NCBI GenBank assembly: GCA_003242895.1
Contig: QKMY01000058.1
Coordinates: forward strand, 12,739-76,738
Reading direction: 5' to 3'
From: Candidatus Margulisiibacteriota bacterium
GTDB taxonomy: Bacteria > Margulisbacteria > Riflemargulisbacteria > GWF2-39-127
Length of the DNA stretch: 64,000 bases
A program made the position numbers and the translations under genes. Positions 36,315 to 46,830 of this stretch are shown in pieces. Position 1 is the first letter of the stretch, and the number at the start of each line of letters is the position of its first letter. A model generated the notes under the pieces. It saw only the letters and a list, made by a program, of their open reading frames with translations, made no database searches and was not told the origin of the DNA.

Positions 36315-37468
36315 AACATAAATATTCCAGGATCGCTGAGACAATCCCCCCTTCCGGCATCAGAAAATTCTTTGATCTCGTCATGAATGCCAAAGATATA
36401 ATTTCATTAGGTGTTGGAGAACCGGATTTCGTAACTCCGTGGAGAATACGGGAAGAGGTATACCACACGCTTGAACTTGGAAAAACATGCTATACCTCTA
36501 ACTGGGGACTGCTCAGTCTCAGAGAAAAAATAGCACAGTATTTAGGCAAAAAGTACAACTGCGATTATAATCCTGAAAATGAAATTATTATTACTGTAGG
36601 TGTAAGTGAAGCTATCGACATTACGCTTCGGGCCCTTCTTAATCCAGGTGATGAAGTGATAATTCCTGAGCCGTCTTTCGTCGCGTATAGCCCGCTCGTG
36701 TCGCTAGCAGGAGCACAGCCTGTCACCGTTGACACTTCGTCCGTTGAATTTAAAGTTACAGCTGAGCAGATTAAAGAAAAGATTACTGCTAACACTAAGA
36801 TTATCTTTCTTTCTTATCCGAACAACCCTACCGGAGCTACAATCGATCGAAACGAACTCGAAAAGATAGCACTTTTGGCAAAACAAAATGATCTATGGGT
36901 CATTTCTGATGAAGTCTATTCAGAGCTTACTTACATTGGAGACCATGTGTCGATTGCCTCACTGGAAGGCATGAAAGAACGGACAATTATGTTTAACGGT
37001 TTCTCAAAAGCATTTGCGATGACCGGTTGGAGAATGGGTTATATGTGCGGTCCTGAAGATGTTGTGGGAATAGCTTTAAAAATTCATCAGTATGCTATGA
37101 TGTGCGCACCGATTATGTCCCAATACGCTGCGCTGGAAGCAATTGTCAACTGTCAAAAAGAAGTCGACCTCATGAAACGATCGTATGAACAGAGAAGAAA
37201 CCTGTTTATTTCCGGAATGCGTGAAATAGGCTTTGAGATTAATACTCCAGACGGAGCATTTTATGCTTTCCCTTCGATCAAATCGACGGGATTATCCTCT
37301 GAAGAATTTGCAATGCAGCTTCTCAACCAGGAAAAAGTAGCGGTTGTCCCGGGAAACGCCTTTGGTACCTGTGGCGAAGGCTATATCAGATGCTGCTACG
37401 CTACCGATATTAACTTATTAAAAGAAGCCATAAAAAGAATTGGCAACTTTGTTAAATCATTAGGCTAA
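36311..37468 (+). CDS. Class I/II PLP-dependent aminotransferase (aspartate/aromatic aminotransferase-like)
   Basis: 385 aa; NGFSKAFAMTGWRMGY PLP-lysine region. Confidence 0.8.
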   Translation: MKHKYSRIAETIPPSGIRKFFDLVMNAKDIISLGVGEPDFVTPWRIREEVYHTLELGKTCYTSNWGLLSLREKIAQYLGKKYNCDYNPENEIIITVGVSEAIDITLRALLNPGDEVIIPEPSFVAYSPLVSLAGAQPVTVDTSSVEFKVTAEQIKEKITANTKIIFLSYPNNPTGATIDRNELEKIALLAKQNDLWVISDEVYSELTYIGDHVSIASLEGMKERTIMFNGFSKAFAMTGWRMGYMCGPEDVVGIALKIHQYAMMCAPIMSQYAALEAIVNCQKEVDLMKRSYEQRRNLFISGMREIGFEINTPDGAFYAFPSIKSTGLSSEEFAMQLLNQEKVAVVPGNAFGTCGEGYIRCCYATDINLLKEAIKRIGNFVKSLG

Positions 37469-37471
37469 ACA

Positions 37472-38410
37472 ATGATAAAAGCAACACTGGTAACATTAGC
37501 AATTGGATATTTAATCAACTATTTTGGCATTAAAGCGCTGAAGAAATTAAATTTTCGACAGAATATACGTGAAGATGGGCCCTCCAGCCATCTCAAAAAA
37601 TACGGCACCCCGACAATGGGTGGAATATTTATCATAGCGACAGTCCTGCTAAGCATGCTCATCACAATGCAGATAGTTGATACTAAAATAATTATCATCA
37701 TCATATCATTCATCGGATTCGGGAGTGTCGGTCTGCTGGATGACCTTCTAAAAAAATTACGGGGCAAGAACCTTGGATTAAGAAGCTGGCAGAAAATGCT
37801 TGGTATTTTAATTATTTCTCTCTTTATTATCAGCTATATGTTAAAAAGTGGTGAGTATAACAATCTTCACCCGTTTTTCTTAATGTTTAACCTGAACAAC
37901 CCGCTGTTATTCTTCTTATTTGGGTTTACTGTTTTGGCAGGAACTTCAAACGGAGTTAACCTTACAGACGGGCTTGACGGATTAGCTGCTGGAACGAGCG
38001 CAATTATATTCGTGGCCTTTGCTTTCTTAAATTTTAATATTGGCAATCACTCCATAAGTTATTTCTGTATCTTAATAGCAGCTGCACTTATGGCTTTTCT
38101 CTGGTTCAATCATCACCCTGCCCAAGTTTTTATGGGTGATGTCGGTTCTCTTGCTATTGGAGGAACTCTCGGGACCATTGCCTTATTAACACATACCGAA
38201 CTCAATTTATTTTTCTGCGGATTTATTTTTGTGATTGAAACAATGAGCGTTATCATGCAAGTTATCTCCTTTAAATTAACTAAAAAAAGAATTTTTAAAA
38301 TGAGCCCTATCCACCATCATTTTGAATTATCAGGCTGGGTGGAAACCAAAGTTGTAACCAGGTTCTGGCTCACTTCGATAGTGTTTTCACTTATTGGTTT
38401 GTTGGTTTAA
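37472..38410 (+). CDS. mraY: Phospho-N-acetylmuramoyl-pentapeptide transferase
   Basis: 312 aa polytopic membrane protein; GTPTMGG, NGVNLTDGLDGLA and HHHFE motifs. Confidence 0.9.
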   Translation: MIKATLVTLAIGYLINYFGIKALKKLNFRQNIREDGPSSHLKKYGTPTMGGIFIIATVLLSMLITMQIVDTKIIIIIISFIGFGSVGLLDDLLKKLRGKNLGLRSWQKMLGILIISLFIISYMLKSGEYNNLHPFFLMFNLNNPLLFFLFGFTVLAGTSNGVNLTDGLDGLAAGTSAIIFVAFAFLNFNIGNHSISYFCILIAAALMAFLWFNHHPAQVFMGDVGSLAIGGTLGTIALLTHTELNLFFCGFIFVIETMSVIMQVISFKLTKKRIFKMSPIHHHFELSGWVETKVVTRFWLTSIVFSLIGLLV

Positions 38411-38466
38411 TTCATAAATTCCCCTCTGCCTATGGGGGGGAAATATTACTTTATGGAGACAAAAGC

Positions 38467-39654
38467 ATGAATATTGCTGTTCTTGGAGAAGGTTTGACAG
38501 GTAACGCCATAAAACAAAAAATTTCCATACTCCCGGACCATATAATAACCTCAGTTGACGAAGCAGACGTAATTATTGCGAGTCCCGGAATCCCTCCCGA
38601 ACAGTTCCCGAAAACAGAGAAACCGATTATTAGTGAAATAGAGCTTGCTTATAGACTATTTCAAGATTATCAAAAAAAGCCTAGGTTCATTGGGATAACC
38701 GGCACCAATGGGAAAACTACGATTACCACATTAATCGGCGATATGCTTGATTGTCCGGTAGCCGGAAATATCGGGAAACCGCTGATTTCATTTATACCCG
38801 AGAATAAAGAGCAAGAAGCTGCCATTCCTGACTATATTGCTGTCGAACTGAGCAGTTACCAGTTAGAAACAACGATATCGTTCAGACCTGACGTTTCCAT
38901 AATCACCAATATTACCGAAGATCATTTGACCCGGCACAAGACTATGCAGAATTATGCTAAGGCTAAAGCCAAAATATTTGAGAGCCAGACACCAACAGAC
39001 CTCTTCATTTATAATGAACTGGATCCCTTGATACTTGAAATGCTACCGACGTGCCAGGCACAAAAAAAAGGTTTTGATGTTAACCATGATTATCTCAGGA
39101 TAAAAGAACACCTGAATATCCCCGGGGATCATAATCTGGAGAATGCAATGGCAGCGGTATATTGTTCTCAATTTTTTGGTTTAGCTGTTGAAACAATATT
39201 TTCAAAACTGGAAAAATTCACGGGAGTAGAACACCGGATAGAATACGTGGCTACGATAAATAATATTGACTGTTACAATGACTCGAAAGGTACTAACCCA
39301 GAATCGACGATCACAGCCTTAAAAGCACTTCATGGGCAAGGAATACTTATCTTGGGAGGAAAAGATAAATGCACATCTCTTGACCAACTTTGCAAGTGCG
39401 TCAAGGAGCATGCTTCGAAAACGATTCTTATAGGAGAAGCAAAGGAGCGTTTTTGTAATGCCTTAACCGCACACGGATATACTTCAATTTATATGGAGAC
39501 TGATTTATCGTCCGCAGTCAAAAAGGGATTAGAACTCGCGACCGATGAAAAGTATTTACTTTTATCCCCTGCCTGTGCTAGCTTTGATATGTATAATAAT
39601 TTCGAAGAGCGTGGAACTCATTTTAAGCTGTTAATTAAAAAATACTTCAAATAA
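38467..39654 (+). CDS. murD: UDP-N-acetylmuramoylalanine--D-glutamate ligase
   Basis: 395 aa; Mur ligase P-loop GITGTNGKTT; position between mraY and ftsW. Confidence 0.85.
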   Translation: MNIAVLGEGLTGNAIKQKISILPDHIITSVDEADVIIASPGIPPEQFPKTEKPIISEIELAYRLFQDYQKKPRFIGITGTNGKTTITTLIGDMLDCPVAGNIGKPLISFIPENKEQEAAIPDYIAVELSSYQLETTISFRPDVSIITNITEDHLTRHKTMQNYAKAKAKIFESQTPTDLFIYNELDPLILEMLPTCQAQKKGFDVNHDYLRIKEHLNIPGDHNLENAMAAVYCSQFFGLAVETIFSKLEKFTGVEHRIEYVATINNIDCYNDSKGTNPESTITALKALHGQGILILGGKDKCTSLDQLCKCVKEHASKTILIGEAKERFCNALTAHGYTSIYMETDLSSAVKKGLELATDEKYLLLSPACASFDMYNNFEERGTHFKLLIKKYFK

Positions 39655-39691
39655 TATTCATAAAATTCACTATATAGATAATGGAGACAAA

Positions 39692-40855
39692 ATGCCCTCC
39701 GAAGCTGCAACGATAATAAACAAAAAAAAGATCAACACCAATATTTCACAAAAATCAGCACCGGATTATATTTTTTTATTTTCTGTTTTTCTGCTATTGA
39801 TCATTGGTTTCATTATGATCCTCAGCTCATCTCAGGCAGTAGGCTTAGATTTTTTTAACGATAGTTATTATTTTATTAAACGTCACGCAATATATTTATT
39901 TCTCGGCATGGGTGCTTTTTCCTTAGGGGTTTTCATTGATTACAAAAATTACAGAAAATGGGCTGCTGGAGGACTCATTCTGACCGTATTTTTGTTATTC
40001 CTCACGTATGTACCGGGAATAGGCAGGAATGAGCTAGGTGCAACCCGATGGGTAAACTTAGGAATTTTTTCTTTTCAACCATCTGAGCTTGCAAAGTTGG
40101 CAATTATTATTTTTGTGGCTACTTACCTTGAAAATAAAAAAATAGTAATACGTTCGTTCCTTCAAGGCGTAATGCCGGTATTAATGGTAGTCGGATTCAT
40201 CGGTGCTATCGTCTTAATTCAACCAGATCTGGGTACAACTATTGTAATTCTCTCTATATCTTTCATTATGATATATGCCTCCGGAGCAAAAACTTGGCAT
40301 ATGTTTATTCTTGCACTTATTGGAGCTCGAACCGCTTTATGGGTAATCTGGAGGAGTCCTTATCAGAAAGAAAGAATTCTCGCCTTTCTGGATCCATGGA
40401 AAGATTCACTGGGCATTGGCTTTCACATTATTCAATCGTGGCTGGCAATCGGATCAGGAGGTTTTTTTGGGTTAGGCCTTGGTAACTCCAGGCAAAAGTT
40501 TTATTATCTCCCTCAACAATTTACTGACTTTATATTTGCTATCTTGTGCGAAGAAGGCGGATTTATCTTTGCAACTTTCGTGGTTGTTTTGTTCGGAATT
40601 TTCCTTTGGAAAGGTTTGCTGATATCAGTAAAAGCACCGGATTATTTTTCAAGATATCTCGTATTAGGACTAGTTTGCTGGATTTTTTTACAGGCATTTA
40701 TAAATATATCGGTCGTACTAGGATTATTACCAACAACAGGCATCCCGCTTACTTTTCTTAGTTTTGGAGGAACGGCCCTTGTAGTAAACCTCTATTCAGT
40801 CGGTATTATTACACAAATCTCTACATTAAAAAAACCAGATAAAGACAACAAATAA
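39692..40855 (+). CDS. ftsW: Peptidoglycan glycosyltransferase FtsW (SEDS family)
   Basis: 387 aa polytopic membrane protein; SEDS motifs; located between murD and murG. Confidence 0.8.
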   Translation: MPSEAATIINKKKINTNISQKSAPDYIFLFSVFLLLIIGFIMILSSSQAVGLDFFNDSYYFIKRHAIYLFLGMGAFSLGVFIDYKNYRKWAAGGLILTVFLLFLTYVPGIGRNELGATRWVNLGIFSFQPSELAKLAIIIFVATYLENKKIVIRSFLQGVMPVLMVVGFIGAIVLIQPDLGTTIVILSISFIMIYASGAKTWHMFILALIGARTALWVIWRSPYQKERILAFLDPWKDSLGIGFHIIQSWLAIGSGGFFGLGLGNSRQKFYYLPQQFTDFIFAILCEEGGFIFATFVVVLFGIFLWKGLLISVKAPDYFSRYLVLGLVCWIFLQAFINISVVLGLLPTTGIPLTFLSFGGTALVVNLYSVGIITQISTLKKPDKDNK

Positions 40856-40866
40856 AGGATTGATTT

Positions 40867-41970
40867 ATGAATATTATTATCACCTGTGGCGGTACTGGAG
40901 GTCATATTTATCCAGCTTTAGCAATAGCGGACGAATTGCCGAAACAGTCTGTAACCTTCATCGGGACGAACGACAGACTAGAGAGTTCGCTTATACCGCA
41001 AGAAGGATATAAGTTCAAACATATTACTGCAAGCAGAAAAAATCCGGCAAAAATCTTTTTCAGCTTAGTAAAATCCTTATGGATAGTAATACGCCTTAAT
41101 CCAATCTGTGTTATCAGTACTGGTGGTTACGTAACCTTACCGGTATGTCTAGCAGCATTATTGCTGAAAAAACCAATCATACTCCAGGAACAGAATGCAA
41201 TCCCTGGGAAAGTAAACAGACTGATTGGAAAATTCGCGTATAAAGTTGCGATAGGACTACCGACCCCAAAAGAGTATTTCCTTCCGGAAAAAGTACTATT
41301 AACCGGAAACCCTATTAGAAAAATATTTCTACAAAACACCGAAAGTCCGATTAACTATAATATTAACGAAAACAACAAAAAGGTACTTGTTATCGGAGGA
41401 AGCCAAGGCGCCATGATTTTTAATCAGACCATAATTGATCTGATAAAAGATAAAAAATTATCTTCCACTACTTTTTTTCTTATTACAGGAAAAAAACACT
41501 ATATCCCTACAAGGAACACATTATCCGCACTTTCGGAATCATCACTAAAAAAGGATTCCGAAGGTTACTGTCACATAGGATTCAAAAACAAAACAGAAAT
41601 TGTAATTTTATCGTATACATCGAATATACATTATTTAATGAAAATTGCAGATGCGGTAATTGCCAGAGCCGGGGCATCAACCCTAACCGAAATTGCCGCA
41701 TTAGGCAAACCTTCCATCTTGGTACCTTATCCCTACGCAGCAAACGATCACCAACATTGGAATGCACAGTATTATGCAGATAACGGAGCGGCTAAAGTCA
41801 TTACGAATAGAGAGTTGTCACCCCAAAAGTTAGAAGCTATAATAAAGTCAATTCTTACAAATAAAACTCTTTTAGAGGATATGAGTAAAAAAGCGTATTC
41901 ACTTTATCAGGATAATTCTGCGGCAAAAATAGCAAAACTGGTAACTTCTCTCAAAAGTTATGGTCACTGA
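40867..41970 (+). CDS. murG: UDP-N-acetylglucosamine--N-acetylmuramyl-(pentapeptide) pyrophosphoryl-undecaprenol GlcNAc transferase
   Basis: 367 aa; N-terminal ITCGGTGGHIYPALA motif. Confidence 0.85.
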   Translation: MNIIITCGGTGGHIYPALAIADELPKQSVTFIGTNDRLESSLIPQEGYKFKHITASRKNPAKIFFSLVKSLWIVIRLNPICVISTGGYVTLPVCLAALLLKKPIILQEQNAIPGKVNRLIGKFAYKVAIGLPTPKEYFLPEKVLLTGNPIRKIFLQNTESPINYNINENNKKVLVIGGSQGAMIFNQTIIDLIKDKKLSSTTFFLITGKKHYIPTRNTLSALSESSLKKDSEGYCHIGFKNKTEIVILSYTSNIHYLMKIADAVIARAGASTLTEIAALGKPSILVPYPYAANDHQHWNAQYYADNGAAKVITNRELSPQKLEAIIKSILTNKTLLEDMSKKAYSLYQDNSAAKIAKLVTSLKSYGH

Positions 41971-42041
41971 AATTACTCCATTACGAAAAAAGTAAATTAT
42001 AATAATTTAATAATCCAGGATTACATAGGTGGTAAAAAAAC

Positions 42042-43469
42042 ATGCAAAAAAGACATAAAGACATAAATGAAGTAAAAAATATCCACTTTATCGGTATTGG
42101 CGGCGAAGGGATGAGCCCTATTGCTAAAATTCTGCTTGAAAAGAAATTTAATGTTTCCGGCTCAGATATGAGAGAAAATCTTCATACTTTCAGATTAAAA
42201 GATAAAGGCGCGCAAATCTACTTCAAGCATGATGAAACCAATATTAGATCAGCAGATGTTGTTGTTATTTCTACCGCGATTCCAGAGGACAACCCTGAAC
42301 TCCAAGCAGCCAGAGCCCATAAGATACCGGTACTAAAACGGGCTCAAATGTTATCCTGGCTGATGGAGCAGGAAGAAAAAAAAATAGCGGTAGCCGGAAC
42401 ACATGGAAAAACGACCACCACTTCAATGATTTCTCAGATTTTTTCGAACTGTAACCTATCTCCTACATTCATAATCGGCGGAGAAATTAATGGTATTAAT
42501 GCTAATTGTGCACTAGGAGAAGGCAAATATTTTATAGCCGAGGCTGATGAGAGCGATGGTTCGTTTCTAGAGCTTAACCCTAATATTATGGTTATTACCA
42601 ATATTGAACCGGAACATCTCGATTACTACCGGGACCTCGATCACATATTTGAGACTTTCAAACAATTTGTTAGTAAGCTTCCTCCTGATGGTTATCTGGT
42701 CATTAATTACGATCATCCTAATAATAAACAGTTCATCGAAAGCATTGATTGTAATATACTCACCTATGGTTTCGACAATTTTTCTGATATTCGGGCAGAA
42801 AATATTGAGTTTTTCGAAAACAATACTTCTTTTGATGTTATCTATAAGCATAAGTACCTGACACGGATTGAACTACAAATCCCAGGAAAACATAATGTAC
42901 AAAATGCGTTAGCCGCGCTATTGATAGGATTAGAGCATGGACTACCTATTGAACCGATGAGGCAAGCATTGTATTCTTTCTTAGGCACAAAAAAACGATT
43001 CCAGAAAATCGGCGAGTTTAACGATATAACTTTCATTGATGATTACGCACATCATCCTACTGAAATAGCCGCAACACTGTCTGCAGCACGAGCCGGATGG
43101 CCTGATCGACGTATTATCGTAATTTTTCAACCTCACAGATACACCAGGACGAAACTTCTCGCTCATGAATTCAGTGAGTGCTTTAACAACGCGGATACAG
43201 TCATAATTACCAACATTTATGCCGCTTCTGAGAAGCCAATTCACGGTATTTCGGGAAAAATAATTTACGATCTTCTAGAAAAAAATCAACACAATGATAT
43301 ACACTATATCAGCAAAAAAAATGAGATACCTGAATTCTTGCTTAGTTTTGTTAAGCCGAATGATATGATAATTACTATGGGCGCCGGAGATATACATAAT
43401 GTCTCAAAAGAAACACTCACACGGCTTAAACAACTTGAATTAATTGAAGAAGAAGAGACCGATAATTAA
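42042..43469 (+). CDS. murC: UDP-N-acetylmuramate--L-alanine ligase
   Basis: 475 aa; HFIGIGGEGMS and AVAGTHGKTTTTSM motifs. Confidence 0.9.
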   Translation: MQKRHKDINEVKNIHFIGIGGEGMSPIAKILLEKKFNVSGSDMRENLHTFRLKDKGAQIYFKHDETNIRSADVVVISTAIPEDNPELQAARAHKIPVLKRAQMLSWLMEQEEKKIAVAGTHGKTTTTSMISQIFSNCNLSPTFIIGGEINGINANCALGEGKYFIAEADESDGSFLELNPNIMVITNIEPEHLDYYRDLDHIFETFKQFVSKLPPDGYLVINYDHPNNKQFIESIDCNILTYGFDNFSDIRAENIEFFENNTSFDVIYKHKYLTRIELQIPGKHNVQNALAALLIGLEHGLPIEPMRQALYSFLGTKKRFQKIGEFNDITFIDDYAHHPTEIAATLSAARAGWPDRRIIVIFQPHRYTRTKLLAHEFSECFNNADTVIITNIYAASEKPIHGISGKIIYDLLEKNQHNDIHYISKKNEIPEFLLSFVKPNDMIITMGAGDIHNVSKETLTRLKQLELIEEEETDN

Positions 43470-44313
43470 TATACTGAATGACTTATCATTAAAACCATAC
43501 TCTAATTTGGGAATTGGAGGAAGTGCCAGAACCATTCTAATTCCTGAATCAGAGGAAGATTTCGTACAAACAGCAATCGAGAATCCGTTGATCCCCTTAA
43601 TAGCCGGTGGTTCAAACACACTCATAGCTGACAAGCTTTTCGATCAAATATTTTTGCTCAAAAATCCGTTTTATGAACCTCGTTTTTTATCTGGAAATAT
43701 ACTGGAAGTATCCGCTCCGCAAAAAATTCCGGCATTAACTACTTTCTTCAAACAAAATAATCTATCTGGAATTGAATTCATGGCTGGAGTCCCTCGGGTA
43801 AGTTTTGGAGGAGCTATATACCAAAACTTTGGTGCTTTTGACAAGAAAATCGAGAATATAATAATCTCTGTAAAAGCTCTTGCAAACAATAAAATTATCA
43901 CACTATCAAAAGATGAATGCGGCTTTGCATATAGAAGTAGTATTTTTAAAAAAAATAATTATAAAATTATCTCCGCACAAATGCATTATACCAAGGGTGA
44001 CAGTTCGAGATTCACCGAAGATATAGAAAAAATCATTAATTTCAGAAAAAAACACCAGCCGTTAAAATTTCCGAATATAGGGTCTATTTTCAAAAACCCT
44101 CAAGGGTGCTACGCCGGTAAATTAATTGAGGATTTAGGACTGCGAGGATTCTCTATTGGCGGAGCGCAAATCTGGGAACACCATGCTAACTTTATAATTA
44201 ATAAAAACAATGCTACCTACAATGATGTCATAGAATTAATTGAAACTATTCAAAAAAAATCAAAAAAAAGGTATAACATACTATTAGAACCGGAAATTTC
44301 GATTTTACGTTAG
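43444..44313 (+). CDS. murB: UDP-N-acetylenolpyruvoylglucosamine reductase
   Basis: 289 aa; FAD-binding-like N-terminus; position after murC with 26-bp overlap. Confidence 0.75.
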   Translation: MKKKRPIINILNDLSLKPYSNLGIGGSARTILIPESEEDFVQTAIENPLIPLIAGGSNTLIADKLFDQIFLLKNPFYEPRFLSGNILEVSAPQKIPALTTFFKQNNLSGIEFMAGVPRVSFGGAIYQNFGAFDKKIENIIISVKALANNKIITLSKDECGFAYRSSIFKKNNYKIISAQMHYTKGDSSRFTEDIEKIINFRKKHQPLKFPNIGSIFKNPQGCYAGKLIEDLGLRGFSIGGAQIWEHHANFIINKNNATYNDVIELIETIQKKSKKRYNILLEPEISILR

Positions 44314-44378
44314 CAATTATTTAAAAATAGATTCTATTTGAAGTGAATCCAACCGGATTCGGCAATAAAAAATAAAGG

Positions 44379-45281
44379 GTGCAGATTATGACAAGAAAAT
44401 TCAATAAAGTCGCCGTACTTATGGGAGGTAATTCTCCGGAGAGAGAAATATCGCTTCGATCAGGAAAAAATGTTCTAAATTCACTTTTACGGCAAGGTTA
44501 TGATGCTATCGGCATTGACCCAAGCGTTCAGTCGATTCCGACAGATATTGATGCAGCATATATAACGTTACATGGCGAAGGTGGCGAAGATGGCGTTATC
44601 CAAGGAGTTCTAACTCATATGGGAATCCCTTATACAGGCCCTAAAATACTCGCGAGCGCCATTGCTATGGACAAAATATTTACGAAAAGAATACTCTTAT
44701 CTTCTGGGATTCCAACCCCTTTATTTGAGATTATTACCGGATCTAAAACAACACTTCAATTCCCTTTTGTACTAAAACCTTCCAATGCAGGTTCCAGTAT
44801 CGGTGTTTTTATAATAAAAAACCAAAAAGATTTTGATGAAAAATATGCTTCAATCAGCCAGCAGTTCGACTCCATTTTTGTAGAAGAATACGTCCACGGT
44901 AAGGAAGTAACTATCGGTATTGTAGACCTAGATAACCAGTTAAAGGTATTGCCAATTCTCCAGCTTATCCCTCATAATGAATTTTATGATTTTGACGCTA
45001 AATATACAAAAGGGAAAACCGATTTCATCCTTCCTGCGCCTTTGTCAAAAAATACAGAGGCAAAGGTTCAGGATATAGCGATGGCAACCTACAGAGCAAT
45101 AGGATGTCGAAGTGTTAGCCGTATTGACATGCTGATCGACAAAAATGACGAGATCACTGTATTAGAAGTTAATACGAGCCCGGGGATGACAGACACCAGT
45201 GACCTTCCCGCTCAAGCGGAATGTGCCGGAATAAGTTATGACGAATTAGTCAGTACTATAATGAATTCGGCAAGTTTATAG
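44379..45281 (+). CDS. ddl: D-alanine--D-alanine ligase
   Basis: 300 aa; VAVLMGGNSPEREISLRSG N-terminus and ATP-grasp C-terminus. Confidence 0.9.
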   Translation: MQIMTRKFNKVAVLMGGNSPEREISLRSGKNVLNSLLRQGYDAIGIDPSVQSIPTDIDAAYITLHGEGGEDGVIQGVLTHMGIPYTGPKILASAIAMDKIFTKRILLSSGIPTPLFEIITGSKTTLQFPFVLKPSNAGSSIGVFIIKNQKDFDEKYASISQQFDSIFVEEYVHGKEVTIGIVDLDNQLKVLPILQLIPHNEFYDFDAKYTKGKTDFILPAPLSKNTEAKVQDIAMATYRAIGCRSVSRIDMLIDKNDEITVLEVNTSPGMTDTSDLPAQAECAGISYDELVSTIMNSASL

Positions 45282-45385
45282 ATTTCCCCCGCGTGTTCTT
45301 ATATATTATTACTGGCAGGTGAAAGATCATTACTAGAAAAGCTAAACTTTTTATCAGTATATTCCTAATTATTATTGTAGCGGCA

Positions 45386-46075
45386 TTGCTTCAAATACCT
45401 CTAAATATTGAATATTTTTCTATAAAAAATATCATCATAAAAAACAATCAAATAATTCCTACGGCGATTGTAACAGAAAAAAGTAATTATATTCTTAAGA
45501 AAAATATTTTCTCTTTTGGAAAGCAAAGGATTTTGAAGACATTAATGACAATCCCTCAGTTTGAGAGTATCAACGTTATTAGGGCTTACCCTGACAAAAT
45601 AGTTATAGATATTAAAGAAAAAAAGCCATGGGTTAATTTACTCCTCAATAATAAAGACATTATCATCGATAAAACCGGTATTATTTTAAATATGCCCGGG
45701 ACTAATGAGATAGATTCAACCATACTTCCTGTAATCAAAGGATTGCCTCCCGGGGTAACCAGTGACCACAAAATAGATATATCTACATTAAATATGTTAA
45801 AAAATGTATTAACGCCGTTAGAAACCTTATTTAAACCAGAACAGTTACAGTTTAATTTGGTTGACGAGACAAACATTGAAATACTTGCTGACGATATCTT
45901 GCTTATTAAAGTAGGAGATTCTTCTTTTATTGAACAAAAACGGACTACACTAAAAACCTTCCTGAATTATATTCAAAACAGATGGAATGAGGTCGAATAT
46001 ATAGACATCAAATGCATAAAAAATCCTGTAATCAAGTTTAAACAGGAACTAAATTTAACGAACCAAACGGAATAA
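45386..46075 (+). CDS. ftsQ: Cell division protein FtsQ/DivIB (POTRA domain); annotated start probably truncates the TM anchor
   Basis: Position between ddl and ftsA; POTRA-like region. The in-frame upstream extension back to 45323 encodes a hydrophobic helix (LFISIFLIIIVAALL) but has no ATG/GTG/TTG. Confidence 0.65.
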   Translation: MLQIPLNIEYFSIKNIIIKNNQIIPTAIVTEKSNYILKKNIFSFGKQRILKTLMTIPQFESINVIRAYPDKIVIDIKEKKPWVNLLLNNKDIIIDKTGIILNMPGTNEIDSTILPVIKGLPPGVTSDHKIDISTLNMLKNVLTPLETLFKPEQLQFNLVDETNIEILADDILLIKVGDSSFIEQKRTTLKTFLNYIQNRWNEVEYIDIKCIKNPVIKFKQELNLTNQTE

Positions 46076-46080
46076 CAACC

Positions 46081-46713
46081 ATGAAAATCAGAATAATAAA
46101 ATATGCTACTTTAGCAACGGTTCTTTTTATTCTTGGCTTTTTTAGCGGGAATATTTATCAATTATACAAAAACTACAATTACAATCTGAAAATCATTAAT
46201 TATCTCCAAAAAGAACACAAACTATTACAACACAAAAATGTTTCGCTGAAAAAGCTCGTTTCTTCATTTAAAAAAATATCCGGATTAGCCGACATACAAG
46301 GAGCAGGAATTATTATAAAAGTTGATGAGCCTATATCATCAAATCACGCAGAAAAACCTAAACAGCCTGACAATATTGTAACAGATAAAGATCTTCAAAA
46401 CATTGTAACTGAACTTTGGTCATTTGGTGCGCAAGCGATTTCAATTAATGGTAACAGGTTGGTAATCAACTCCGTTATAAACAATAATAACTCCATTATA
46501 TCAATCAACCAAAATACAGTTACCCCACCCTATACTATTAATGCGGTAGGAGAAAGACAGCAATTATACAACTCGGCCGGTAGCGACAATGGATATCTAA
46601 GCTTTTTAAAAACAAAAAACGTGACTGTTGTGATTACAGTTCAAGACAACGTAATAATTCCTGCCTATAAAGGCACGCTGTTACTGAAAAGCATGAAAGT
46701 TCAAAGCAACTAA
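46081..46713 (+). CDS. DUF881-family division-cluster protein (YlxW/YlxX-like)
   Basis: 210 aa; N-terminal TM helix; located between ftsQ and ftsA as in Firmicutes-type division clusters. Confidence 0.55.
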   Translation: MKIRIIKYATLATVLFILGFFSGNIYQLYKNYNYNLKIINYLQKEHKLLQHKNVSLKKLVSSFKKISGLADIQGAGIIIKVDEPISSNHAEKPKQPDNIVTDKDLQNIVTELWSFGAQAISINGNRLVINSVINNNNSIISINQNTVTPPYTINAVGERQQLYNSAGSDNGYLSFLKTKNVTVVITVQDNVIIPAYKGTLLLKSMKVQSN

Positions 46714-46830
46714 AAAATATTCTCAGTTCTGAAATCTTGGTATTTGAACTTGTCAGTATGCTTGGTTATAAAGTAAGATAAGCTATAAAAAAATGAAAAA
46801 ACAAATAAACAGATACATCGACAACCAATC

